A DNA stretch of 64,000 bases, from the NCBI GenBank assembly GCA_009693785.1, contig SHWP01000011.1:2370-66369 (forward strand), written 5' to 3'. This DNA is from Rhodospirillaceae bacterium. Lineage in GTDB: Bacteria; Pseudomonadota; Alphaproteobacteria; Rhodospirillales; Rhodospirillaceae. Below the pieces are notes generated by a model that saw only the letters and a program-made list of their open reading frames with translations, did no database searches and was not told the DNA's origin. Each line of letters opens with the position of its first letter. The stretch's first letter is position 1. A program made the position numbers and the translations under genes. Of this stretch, positions 38,158 through 47,221 are shown piece by piece.

Positions 38158-39738
38158 TTAGAGACGCAGGTTACCGGGGTTAAGGCGCCCATCGGGGTCG
38201 AGCATGCCCTTCACATCACCCAGCAGACGCCAGGTTTCAGCCGAGAGCGATTCATCGAAGCGATAGAATTTGGCAAGCTGCACATGCACCGCGCCTAAGT
38301 CGAAAAAGAAATCGCGCAGTTCGTGGCGTAGTTTTTTCGCATAGGCCCGCGCGGGTAAGTTGGGCGGCAGCGCGCGGAACTTATCGGCCTCGTCTTTGCC
38401 TAAGTGCCGCAAGTGTAACTCGCTCACTTCGTCGACCCAATAGAAACTGGGTTCGCACTGAAAGTACCCCTGCCCCCAATTGGTCATGTAACTTTCCCAC
38501 ATGCCATGCTTTTGCATGTCGGCCCGGCGCGCATTGAAAAAGCCCCGCACCGCTGTGGCGACTTCCACCGCACGCGAGAGCGGCCAAAGTGAGTTGGTTG
38601 GAATCCAGCGCTGGCCCTGCCCGCCCAGAAATCCGCGCACCGAAAAGCCCCTGGCTTCCATGGCGCGCGGCAGCACGTTGGCGATTTCACGCCCGCGCTT
38701 GAGGCAAATTTTGCGCACGCGCTCCATGCCCGCTTCAGCACCTGCGCTGTCGAGCGCTTCCGTCGACAAATGCATCGACCACTTCACGCCATCCATGAAG
38801 TTGGTCGTGCCTTGCGCGGCCATCTTGACGGTGTCTTTGAGGCCCGAGAGCACCGAGGTGCCCGACGTACTGACATCGCCCAACGTTTTGAGCGCTTCTT
38901 TGAATCCCACCTTGCCCGAATTCTGGCTCTTGAACGGATCGAGGCCGACACGGCGGTAAAGATAATCGTGATTGCCCAGATCGATCATGATCGCGGCCAT
39001 GTCCTCGTAAGTCTCAAACGCGAACGAGGCATGCGCCGCACCTTCGGGGCGCGCATATAAATGCATCACGGCCGCGGTCTTGATTCCGAACGCACCGGTA
39101 TCGCCCAAGAACATTCCAGTCAAATCGGGCCCGTAGTCGCGGAAAAAGGGCACCGCGCCGCCGTGACTGGTTTTTCGGCCCCAGGCCCCCGTGCGCACCA
39201 CTGCCCCATCGGCGCGAACCACTTCGATGCCCAGAATTCCCTTCATGCTGGCGGGTACGTTTTGCGACAGCGGCCCGCCCACGGTGGAATAAATGCCCGA
39301 AAAGGGCGCCAAGAACACCAGCTTTAGGCCATGGGGCTTCAACGCCTCGGCTACCTTCTCCCAGGTGCAACCGGCCCCCACCACCACATAGCGATCAGTG
39401 GGGTTGATCTCGAAAATCTGATTCAAGCGGCGCATATCAATCAGCACCGCACCGGCCACTGCGGGCACATAGCCGTTGGTGTAGGACATACCCCCGCCGC
39501 GAGTGTAGATATTCAGGCCCAGCCGCGCGGCTGTTTTGACGATGTCGGACACCTCAGCCGTGGTGCCAGGCTGCACCACGATATCGGCCACATGGGCATC
39601 GTCCCAAAAGAAAATATCGTTGGAATACACCCGGCATTCGGCGGGATCGGTGATGACGTGGGCCGACCCGACAATCCGGGCGAAATGATCCGCCGCGCCG
39701 GTTATTGCCACTGCTGCTTCGGCCATGGCCGTCTCCAC
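38158..39738 (-). CDS. FAD-linked oxidase (GlcD/VAO superfamily)
   Basis: The N-terminal FAD_binding_4-like region is present (VVQPGTTAEVSDIVKTAARLGLNIYTRGGGMS). The product is 526 aa. Confidence 0.8.
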   Translation of the reverse strand: METAMAEAAVAITGAADHFARIVGSAHVITDPAECRVYSNDIFFWDDAHVADIVVQPGTTAEVSDIVKTAARLGLNIYTRGGGMSYTNGYVPAVAGAVLIDMRRLNQIFEINPTDRYVVVGAGCTWEKVAEALKPHGLKLVFLAPFSGIYSTVGGPLSQNVPASMKGILGIEVVRADGAVVRTGAWGRKTSHGGAVPFFRDYGPDLTGMFLGDTGAFGIKTAAVMHLYARPEGAAHASFAFETYEDMAAIMIDLGNHDYLYRRVGLDPFKSQNSGKVGFKEALKTLGDVSTSGTSVLSGLKDTVKMAAQGTTNFMDGVKWSMHLSTEALDSAGAEAGMERVRKICLKRGREIANVLPRAMEARGFSVRGFLGGQGQRWIPTNSLWPLSRAVEVATAVRGFFNARRADMQKHGMWESYMTNWGQGYFQCEPSFYWVDEVSELHLRHLGKDEADKFRALPPNLPARAYAKKLRHELRDFFFDLGAVHVQLAKFYRFDESLSAETWRLLGDVKGMLDPDGRLNPGNLRL

Positions 39739-39871
39739 TAAAGTGTTCGGCCGCTTAAGGAAAGCGCACCATAAATAGAGTGCTCACGGCGTGGAAGCGC
39801 AAATCGGCCAGGGTTTGTGCGCACGCGCCGAAAGGAGTATCTTAAGCCGTCACCGGTTTGGGGAGATTGGC

Positions 39872-41059
39872 ATGGCATCGCGCCGTCAAGTTTTGGGCTC
39901 AGCTATCGGCTTTGGCGCGACCTTGGTTCCCGCGTTGCAGGCCATGGCCGCCGATTACGGCCGTGGCACCGAGGGCCGCTTGGTGCGGCTGCCCAAGCTC
40001 GACTTGGAAAGCAACGATACGTTCCTCACCACCATCCGCAGTTGGGCCAACGGCGGCTTGCAACGAGCCGCGCGCAGCCGCGCCACGGCGTTGATGCGCG
40101 AGCACGGGCTTGACCCCGCCATGACCGCGCCACGCGAGCAAATCATCGCGCTGATGGAAAACGATCCGTTGATCATGGGCCAGGCGCAACTCTGGCTGCG
40201 CAATCAGCAATTGATGTGGAAAACCCTGCGCGATGAATTTTATTCGCGCGCGGACTTTTACCTCAGCGAAATGGAAGCCGCCGACAAAGCTGGGCCAGGC
40301 GTGCTGGAGCTGAACCCGGCGATGACCTTGCCCGACTACACCAAACAAGAAATCCACATGCAACCGGGCGGGTATGTGGGTGATGAGTTGGCCGGGCATA
40401 TGTACCACTACGGCACCAACAATTTTTTCATGGGCCAAAATTATCAGGACAATGTGCACATGGGCCTGGCCGCGGAAACGCCCCTGCCCGCCGATAAAAA
40501 AGTGCGCCGCATTCTCGACATTGGCTGCAGTTGCGGCCAGCTCACCGTTGCGCTGCAAGAGCGCTTCCCCGAAGCCGAAGTGTGGGGACTGGACGTGGGC
40601 GGGCCCATGGTGCGCTATGCCCATATGCGCGCGAACAAACTGAAATCCAAGGCCCGCTTCGCCCAACGCCTGGCCGAGGATACCAAGTTCCCTGACAACC
40701 ATTTCGATATCGTCACCTCGTACATTCTATTCCACGAGGTCCACCCCGACGCCGAACCCAAGATCATGGCCGAGGTCAACCGCGTGCTACGGCCCGGCGG
40801 CGTGTTCTACCCCATCGAGGGGCGCATGCGCCGCCCGCAACCGCCTAGCTCAGCCTACGGCGTGTTCTATTCGTGGTGGATCAAGCGCTGGAACTTTGAG
40901 GTGTGGAACGAGCATTATACCATGGCCGATTATCCGGCTATTCTGGCCAAGGCGGGGTTGACCGTCACCGACAACGAGGCCTCGCGCGATAATGGCGCGG
41001 GCAACCTTGGTGTGATTGGCCGGGGCACCGCGAATATCATGGGCACCAAACGCGCCTAA
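39872..41059 (+). CDS. Class I SAM-methyltransferase-fold protein with Tat signal peptide (paralog 1)
   Basis: The N-terminus MASRRQVLGSAIGFGATLVPALQAMA is Tat-like. Motif I is ILDIGCSCGQL, followed by WGLDVGGPMV. The start was set at the ATG at 39872. Confidence 0.7.
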   Translation: MASRRQVLGSAIGFGATLVPALQAMAADYGRGTEGRLVRLPKLDLESNDTFLTTIRSWANGGLQRAARSRATALMREHGLDPAMTAPREQIIALMENDPLIMGQAQLWLRNQQLMWKTLRDEFYSRADFYLSEMEAADKAGPGVLELNPAMTLPDYTKQEIHMQPGGYVGDELAGHMYHYGTNNFFMGQNYQDNVHMGLAAETPLPADKKVRRILDIGCSCGQLTVALQERFPEAEVWGLDVGGPMVRYAHMRANKLKSKARFAQRLAEDTKFPDNHFDIVTSYILFHEVHPDAEPKIMAEVNRVLRPGGVFYPIEGRMRRPQPPSSAYGVFYSWWIKRWNFEVWNEHYTMADYPAILAKAGLTVTDNEASRDNGAGNLGVIGRGTANIMGTKRA

Positions 41060-41070
41060 AGGAGATCACC

Positions 41071-42240
41071 ATGTTTTCACGCCGCAAACTGATTGGTTCA
41101 ACCGTGATGGCTGCAAGCGTGCTGCCCTCGCTGGGTTGGGGCAAGGCGTGGGCCAAAGGCGGGGTTGATTTTGAGCCGCGCGGCGCCATCGGCAAGCTTG
41201 AGCGCATGCCGAGCTTGGACCTTGAATCGCGCGATGACTTCAACATGTCGTATCGCATTTTCGTGAATGGCGAGCTGCGCAAAGCCGCAGAAAAACGCGC
41301 GGTCGAGATCCTCAAGGCCAACGGCATGGACCCCACCGCCGAAGTACCCTTGAAGCAAGCCGTGGCTCTGTTCGAGAGCGATCCGATCCTGGCCACAAAC
41401 ATGCACGGCTATGTGCGCGGCCAACAAATCATGTGGAGCCAAATTCGCGACGCGCTCTACGCCAATGGCGATGCGCTGATGGCCGAAATGGAAGCCGCCG
41501 ATAACACCGGCCCCGGCAGGCTGGAGCTAAACCCGCGCATGGACCTGCCCGCCTACACCAAGGAAGAAATTCACAACCAGCCCGGCGGCTACGTGGGCGA
41601 TGAGTTCGCGGGCCATCTGTATTATTACGGCACCAACAATTTCTGGATGGGCCACAATTACCAAGACGAAATGCACGCGAGCCTGGCCAAGGGCACGCCC
41701 ATTCCCGCCGACGGCAAAGTCAAACGAATCTTAGATGTGGGTTGCGGCGATGGCCGCCTGACCATGGCCTTGCAAGACCGTTTCCCCGACGCCGAGGTGT
41801 GGGGCATTGATGTTGGCGGGCCCATGGTGCGCTTCTCACATATGCGCGCTAACGAACTGGGCAACAAAGCCAACTATGCCCAACGCCTGGCCGAGGACAC
41901 CAAATTCCCCGATGGCCATTTCGATATCGTCACCTCGTTCCTGTTGTTCCACGAGGTCAGCGGGGCTGCGAACAAAAAAATCATCGCCGAGACCGCGCGC
42001 ATTCTGCGCACCGGCGGCGTGTTCTATCCTGGCGACATTCGCGCACCGTATGTTGCCCGCACTGGTTACCGCCAGTTCTTCAACTGGTGGAACACACGCT
42101 GGAACTACGAAGTGTGGATGCTCGAACACCAAGCCACCAACTACGAGCAGGTATTCACCGCCAACGGGTTTAGTTACGCGCCTAGCTTCAAACCCCGCCC
42201 GGGCGATAGCGCCACCGTTTTGGGCGTGAAGCAGGCCTAA
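41071..42240 (+). CDS. Class I SAM-methyltransferase-fold protein with Tat signal peptide (paralog 2)
   Basis: The N-terminus MFSRRKLIGSTVMAASVLPSLGWGKAWA is Tat-like. Motif I is ILDVGCGDGRL. An AGGAG Shine-Dalgarno sequence lies 8 nt upstream. It is roughly half identical to paralog 1 by eye. Confidence 0.7.
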   Translation: MFSRRKLIGSTVMAASVLPSLGWGKAWAKGGVDFEPRGAIGKLERMPSLDLESRDDFNMSYRIFVNGELRKAAEKRAVEILKANGMDPTAEVPLKQAVALFESDPILATNMHGYVRGQQIMWSQIRDALYANGDALMAEMEAADNTGPGRLELNPRMDLPAYTKEEIHNQPGGYVGDEFAGHLYYYGTNNFWMGHNYQDEMHASLAKGTPIPADGKVKRILDVGCGDGRLTMALQDRFPDAEVWGIDVGGPMVRFSHMRANELGNKANYAQRLAEDTKFPDGHFDIVTSFLLFHEVSGAANKKIIAETARILRTGGVFYPGDIRAPYVARTGYRQFFNWWNTRWNYEVWMLEHQATNYEQVFTANGFSYAPSFKPRPGDSATVLGVKQA

Positions 42241-42635
42241 GCCTTCCTGATCTCCACCGGTTGGCCTTTGTCGTCCAGCGCCACGTAGGTGAACACGCCA
42301 TCGGTGACATGCACCGGGTCGCCGTGGCGCGCCCGGCGCACCCACATTTGAATCAGCAGCGCAATCGACGTGCGGCCGATGCGTTGCACGCTGGTGTAGC
42401 ACGACACCTCATCGCCCACGTGCACGGGCTTATGGAACTTCATGCCGTCGATGGCGATGGTCGCCACCCGCGTGCCTGTGTGCGAGGCGGCATGCATGGC
42501 GCCCGCCATATCCATTTGCCCGACGGCCCAGCCGCCAAAGATAAAGCCTGCCGGGTTGGTGTCGGCGGGCATGGCTAGCACGCGCAACGACAGCTCGCCC
42601 GAGGGCGTTTCCGGTTGCGGTTTTTCGGTTACCAT
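42237..42635 (-). CDS. Acyl-CoA thioesterase (hotdog fold, YciA-like)
   Basis: The product is 132 aa. Matching motifs are MPADTNPAGFIFGGW and HVGDEVSCY. Confidence 0.8.
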   Translation of the reverse strand: MVTEKPQPETPSGELSLRVLAMPADTNPAGFIFGGWAVGQMDMAGAMHAASHTGTRVATIAIDGMKFHKPVHVGDEVSCYTSVQRIGRTSIALLIQMWVRRARHGDPVHVTDGVFTYVALDDKGQPVEIRKA

Positions 42636-42683
42636 TGACGCTACCCCTACATCTTGTGGTTTTCCAAGAACTTAGCTACTTTA

Positions 42684-42761
42684 GCTGGTGTCGTAATTCT
42701 AAAGTTCGTAAGATGCTGCAACAATCACCTATACGAACTTTAGAATTAAAACGACACCAGC
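42684..42761. other. Long AT-rich hairpin 1 (11+16 bp stem, 3-nt bulge, 21-nt loop)
   Basis: GCTGGTGTCGTAATTCTAAAGTTCGTA (42684-42710) pairs with TACGAACTTTAGAATTAAAACGACACCAGC (42732-42761). Confidence 0.85.
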
Positions 42762-42775
42762 AACTTTATGTACGG

Positions 42776-42851
42776 ATTGTGGTTCGTGGATTTGAAATTC
42801 CCGTAACGGGCTCGCCGCAAGCATTTTAGGGAATTTCAAATCCACCACAAT
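42776..42851. other. Long AT-rich hairpin 2 (17-bp perfect stem plus 6-bp extension, 26-nt loop)
   Basis: GTGGATTTGAAATTCCC (42786-42802) pairs with GGGAATTTCAAATCCAC (42829-42845). ATTGTG (42776-81) pairs with CACAAT (42846-51). Confidence 0.85.
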
Positions 42852-42886
42852 CGTTCCCGAATCGTTCTCATCGCTATAATGACGCC

Positions 42887-44872
42887 ATGGCCGACCTTTT
42901 CCAACACGCATCGAAAAAGAACAACGGATACACCGCCAAGGACATTGAAGTCCTTGAGGGACTGGAACCCGTGCGCCGCAGGCCGGGCATGTACATCGGC
43001 GGCACCGACGAGCGCGCCATGCACCACCTCATCGCCGAGGTGCTGGACAACGCCATGGACGAGGCGGTGTCGGGCCATGCCTCGATCATCGAAGTGCACT
43101 TGGGTGAAGGCAACGAGGTCACGGTCAAGGACAACGGACGCGGCATTCCCATCGACCCGCATCCGAAGTTCAAGAATAAATCCGCCCTTGAAGTGATCAT
43201 GACCACGCTGCACTCGGGCGGCAAGTTTTCCGACAAGGTGTACCAAACATCCGGCGGGTTGCACGGCGTGGGCGTGAGCGTGGTCAACGCGCTGTCCGAG
43301 CAGTTGACCGTCGAAGTCTCGCGCGAGCGCGTGGCCTGGCAGCAGAAATTCTCGCGCGGCGCACCCAAGAGCAAGCTGGCCAAGGTCGGCCCATCGAACC
43401 GGCGCGGCACCACCGTGACCTTCAAGCCCGATGTGCAAATCTTCGGCGACAAGGCCATGTTCCGCCCCGCCACGGCCTACCGCATGGCGCGCTCGAAAGC
43501 CTATTTGTTCGAAGGCGTGCGCATCAAATGGTCGTGCGACAAAAAACTGCTCAAGGGCATCGACGATGTTCCCGAGCAAGAAGAAATTCATTTCCCCAAT
43601 GGGCTGACCGATTACTTGGCCCACGCCACGACGGGGCGCAAGAAAGTCGCCGACACGGTGTTTCACGGCAACGCCAAATTCAGCGAGGATGACGGCCGCG
43701 TCGAGTGGGCGATGTGCTGGCCCGAGGACGGCGAAGGATTTTTCAGCTCGTACTGCAACACCATCCCCACGCCCGAGGGCGGCACTCACGAACAGGGCTT
43801 CAAAACCGCGCTGCTGCGGGCCTTAAAGGCCTACGCCGAGATGGTCAACAACAAGAAGGGCGGCATCCTCACCGGTGATGATATTTGGGGCGGGGCTTGC
43901 GTGATGCTCTCGGTGTTCGTCCGCGAGCCGCAGTTCCAGGGCCAAACCAAGGAAAAGCTTGTGTCGGTCAATGCCTCGCGCATGGCCGAGATGGTGGTGA
44001 AGGATCACTTCGACCATTGGCTGTCGGGCAACCCCGAAACCGCTGAAATTATTTTGGATGTCGCCATCCAAACCGCCGAAGACCGCCTGCGCAAGAAGCA
44101 GGACAAGGATTTAACCCGCAAAACCGCCACCAAAAAACTGCGCCTGCCCGGCAAGTTGACCGATTGCAGCAAGGCCGAGGCCGAGGGCACCGAGTTGTTC
44201 ATCGTCGAGGGCGATAGCGCCGGTGGCTCGGCCAAGCAGGCGCGCAGCCGCGAGACCCAAGCCATCCTGCCGCTGCGCGGCAAAATCCTCAACGTCGCCT
44301 CGGCCACCGACGAAAAGCTGCGCGCCAATCAGGAACTGCAAGACCTGATCGAGGCCATGGGCTGCGGCATTCGCGATAAATTCGACGAGAGCAAGCTGCG
44401 CTACGAAAAGATCATCATCATGACCGACGCCGACGTTGACGGCGCACATATCGCAAGCCTGTTGATGACGTTCTTCTACCGCGAGATGCCCAAGCTGATC
44501 GAAAAGGGGCATTTATATTTGGCCCTGCCGCCGCTTTATCGCCTCACGCAAAAGGGCACGTCGATATATGCCCGCGATGACGCCGACAAAGACCGCCTGA
44601 TGAAAACCAAATTCGATGCGCGCGCGAAGGTGGAAGTCAGCCGCTTCAAGGGCCTGGGCGAAATGCCGCCCCAGCAATTGAAGGAAACCACCATGGACCC
44701 ATCCAAACGCGTATTGCTACGCGTGTTCATCCCCGACGCCATGAACCCCAAAGAGCGCGCCGACGCCAAGGCCACCGCCAAACTGGTGGAACAACTCATG
44801 GGCCGCAAACCCGAAGAGCGCTTCAAGTTCATCCAAGAACGCGCGCTGTTTGCCGGTGAGTTGGATATTTGA
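42887..44872 (+). CDS. parE: DNA topoisomerase IV subunit B
   Basis: GHKL and TOPRIM motifs are present (LEPVRRRPGMYIG, EVLDNAMDE, GLHGVG, ELFIVEGDSAGGSAKQAR, MTDADVDGAHI). The 661-aa length fits ParE rather than the longer GyrB. Confidence 0.88.
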   Translation: MADLFQHASKKNNGYTAKDIEVLEGLEPVRRRPGMYIGGTDERAMHHLIAEVLDNAMDEAVSGHASIIEVHLGEGNEVTVKDNGRGIPIDPHPKFKNKSALEVIMTTLHSGGKFSDKVYQTSGGLHGVGVSVVNALSEQLTVEVSRERVAWQQKFSRGAPKSKLAKVGPSNRRGTTVTFKPDVQIFGDKAMFRPATAYRMARSKAYLFEGVRIKWSCDKKLLKGIDDVPEQEEIHFPNGLTDYLAHATTGRKKVADTVFHGNAKFSEDDGRVEWAMCWPEDGEGFFSSYCNTIPTPEGGTHEQGFKTALLRALKAYAEMVNNKKGGILTGDDIWGGACVMLSVFVREPQFQGQTKEKLVSVNASRMAEMVVKDHFDHWLSGNPETAEIILDVAIQTAEDRLRKKQDKDLTRKTATKKLRLPGKLTDCSKAEAEGTELFIVEGDSAGGSAKQARSRETQAILPLRGKILNVASATDEKLRANQELQDLIEAMGCGIRDKFDESKLRYEKIIIMTDADVDGAHIASLLMTFFYREMPKLIEKGHLYLALPPLYRLTQKGTSIYARDDADKDRLMKTKFDARAKVEVSRFKGLGEMPPQQLKETTMDPSKRVLLRVFIPDAMNPKERADAKATAKLVEQLMGRKPEERFKFIQERALFAGELDI

Positions 44873-45258
44873 TAATCCCCCCTCACCGCGCATTGCTTCT
44901 TCTCATCGGCACACTTGCGCTTCATGCTGCATCTGCATTCGCGCAAGAAGAAGAAAAAGCGCAGGTCGTTGTCACCAATTTTCGCAACGAGCCGGTGACT
45001 ATTAAATACGTGTACGTGTTTCGCGACTATTCCTGGGCGTTCATGACCCACGAGCTCGACGCCAACGGCGAAATCACATACCGGCGCCCCGCCAACCTGC
45101 CTGGCTGCAAACAGCTTGTGGATTGGGGTATCGACAAGGGCCGCTTCGTGATTCTCGCTAATAATGCGGAACTGTGCGACGAACCCATGAGCATCTGCGA
45201 GGTCACCAACTACACCGTTGAGGTGCATAACGTCGGGTGTAAGTGGAAGAAGAAGTAG
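44869..45258 (+). CDS. Small secreted hypothetical protein (4 Cys)
   Basis: The TTG start overlaps the parE stop. It has a signal peptide ending SAFAQ. No family was recognised. Confidence 0.45.
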   Translation: MIIPPHRALLLLIGTLALHAASAFAQEEEKAQVVVTNFRNEPVTIKYVYVFRDYSWAFMTHELDANGEITYRRPANLPGCKQLVDWGIDKGRFVILANNAELCDEPMSICEVTNYTVEVHNVGCKWKKK

Positions 45259-45278
45259 GCATAAAAAGTCTGTTCGGC

Positions 45279-45301
45279 ATCCTGGGATTTATTCCCAGGA
45301 T
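45279..45301. other. Perfect 9-bp hairpin ATCCTGGGA-TTTAT-TCCCAGGAT within a hairpin-rich convergent intergenic region
   Basis: It was read directly from the sequence. There is no clear T-run, so terminator function is uncertain. Confidence 0.3.
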
Positions 45302-45429
45302 CCAGGGTCGATAGGAACAATGGTGGTTTTGGCCCTGGGTCCTGGGGACGGGCCTTGTCCTTGGGTCGCACTATGCGCGAACCCGGGGGTCCCAGAACGA
45401 CAGTGAAGAGCCCCCATTTATAAAACTTC

Positions 45430-46956
45430 CTACCCCACCATCCCCAGCCTCTTGCACGCCGCGAGTTTGGATTTCACAAACAGCGCATGGCGTTCGCGCA
45501 AATATTTTTTTACCTCGCCGGGTGCGATGGGTTTGCCATCACGCAGCGGGGTTTGGCGGGATTGCTTGAATGCTTCGGCTGCCGCCGCCACGGGCTCTGC
45601 GCTGTCCATCACTGCGCGCAAGAATAATTGATCGATGGCGTTGAGTTCAATGCCCGCACCCGTCAGCGGCGAGGCCACGGCGGGTATCGAGTTGCCCGTG
45701 GCCGCGCGCTGTAAAATGGCTTGATTGAGCCGTTGTGTGCGTTCGATAGACAGCGGCGAAACCTCAGCCGCTGCGGGCTCCACGGCGTTCATGGCGGTGA
45801 GCAAAAACAAGGTGCCAAAGGCCGCGTTAGTGTTCAGTGCTGCGAGCGCTGGTTCGGCCACAAGCTCAGAAACCGTTCGCGCACCATTCGCCAAGCCCGC
45901 CACCAAAGCCCGATGCACGGGTGAGTTCAGCTTCAAGGCTGCCGCTTCGGTGGTCAGCTTGGCGTCGTTTAAGTCATCGGGATTCATGAGTGCGGCAAAT
46001 CGGGCGGCGGCATTGAGTGCAACGAATTCCCCATCGGGTAGAATGCGTGGGCCGCGCACAAAAATATCGCGCCGGAATTGCTTGTTGATGAGATAGTCCT
46101 TCAACGTCTCGCGTTGCAGAACCGTTCTCATCTCGGCATAGAGCGCGCGGCCCTCGGGGCGGATGGTCAAGTCGGTGACATTGTCATGCAAATTGGCCGA
46201 GGCGGCGAAAGTTAGCCCCGCCTTATCAAAATCCGCCGCCACATCCTCGAAATACCAAGGCTTCCATTCGGCATTGAAGTATTCGTGCGCCAGATAGGCC
46301 GCGCCCTCGGATTCCATTTGGCCGAGGCGGATTTCAATGGTGGGGTTGGCGCGGAAGAACAGCGGCTGGGCTTTTTCAATCTCGCGCACGCGCCTTAGCG
46401 CGGCCTTAATGCACGCCTCCAGTGAACCTTCGGCGCGGTCGAACTCCAGCTTCAACAGCTCGCGCAAGGGCTCCATCGCTGCCCAGCCTGGCATGGCGTT
46501 GTAACTGACGTACACCACCCCGCCCGGCTTGAGTTTGGCGGTGATGAATTTCAACACATCGGCGCGCAAGTCAGCGCTCACCCACGACCACACGCCATGC
46601 AGCACGATGAAATCGAACTCTGGGAATTTTTGCTTGTCGAGATCGGTGAAGCTGATCTGCGATAGATGCACATTGTTCAGACCCGCCGCTTCGCCTAGTC
46701 CGCGCGCGTGCTCCACATGCTCAGCCATGAAGTCGACGCCGTAAAACTGCGCCTGCGGATTGGCCGCCGCCAGCAGCGCCAGCGAGATTCCCTGGCCAAA
46801 GCCCAATTCCATGTAGGTATAGGGCTGATCGCACGAGGGCGGCGCAACACCACCCGCCAGCATCGCCAAGGCCAAGCGGCGTGGGTTCAACTCGCGGTGA
46901 AAGCGCAACGGATAGGGCGCTTCGGTTCGGTAGCCAGCCGTCCAATTCGCAGTCAA
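45430..46956 (-). CDS. Class I SAM-dependent methyltransferase with C-terminal 'methyltransferase regulatory' domain
   Basis: The N-terminus has YTYMELGFGQGISL and FYGVDF motifs. The long C-terminal region is typical of this two-domain family. The product is 508 aa. Confidence 0.7.
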   Translation of the reverse strand: MTANWTAGYRTEAPYPLRFHRELNPRRLALAMLAGGVAPPSCDQPYTYMELGFGQGISLALLAAANPQAQFYGVDFMAEHVEHARGLGEAAGLNNVHLSQISFTDLDKQKFPEFDFIVLHGVWSWVSADLRADVLKFITAKLKPGGVVYVSYNAMPGWAAMEPLRELLKLEFDRAEGSLEACIKAALRRVREIEKAQPLFFRANPTIEIRLGQMESEGAAYLAHEYFNAEWKPWYFEDVAADFDKAGLTFAASANLHDNVTDLTIRPEGRALYAEMRTVLQRETLKDYLINKQFRRDIFVRGPRILPDGEFVALNAAARFAALMNPDDLNDAKLTTEAAALKLNSPVHRALVAGLANGARTVSELVAEPALAALNTNAAFGTLFLLTAMNAVEPAAAEVSPLSIERTQRLNQAILQRAATGNSIPAVASPLTGAGIELNAIDQLFLRAVMDSAEPVAAAAEAFKQSRQTPLRDGKPIAPGEVKKYLRERHALFVKSKLAACKRLGMVG

Positions 46957-47221
46957 CCGCCCACCCTTAAATTATTCAGCAGCGGTATACCGCGCTGCAG
47001 CATACCGCGGCGGTATACCCGCGCCTGTTATTTCACCTGTTATATCAGGCCGGACAGGACAGTGCGCCGCAGCATACCGCGCCGGTGTAAATTTCGAGTC
47101 ACTCAATTGTTCCACCTGAAACAATTTGGTGCACCGAGCACTCGGCGAAGGACTGAAAGTCATGAGCCGTATGTGCGAGCGCCCCAAATCCCCCGGAGGG
47201 TTTGAGTAGCATTCACTCAGC

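Noticed and set aside
42765-42775. Partial REP half-site (TTATGTAC) between the two parE-upstream hairpins
   Set aside because: Only 8 nt match the REP. The palindrome partner is missing, so this is probably chance.
39899-43789. Antisense ORFs 39899..40702 (-), 41836..42402 (-), 42836..43789 (-) and 42874..43473 (-)
   Set aside because: They are opposite the methyltransferase paralogs and parE. They are low-complexity and have no recognisable domains.
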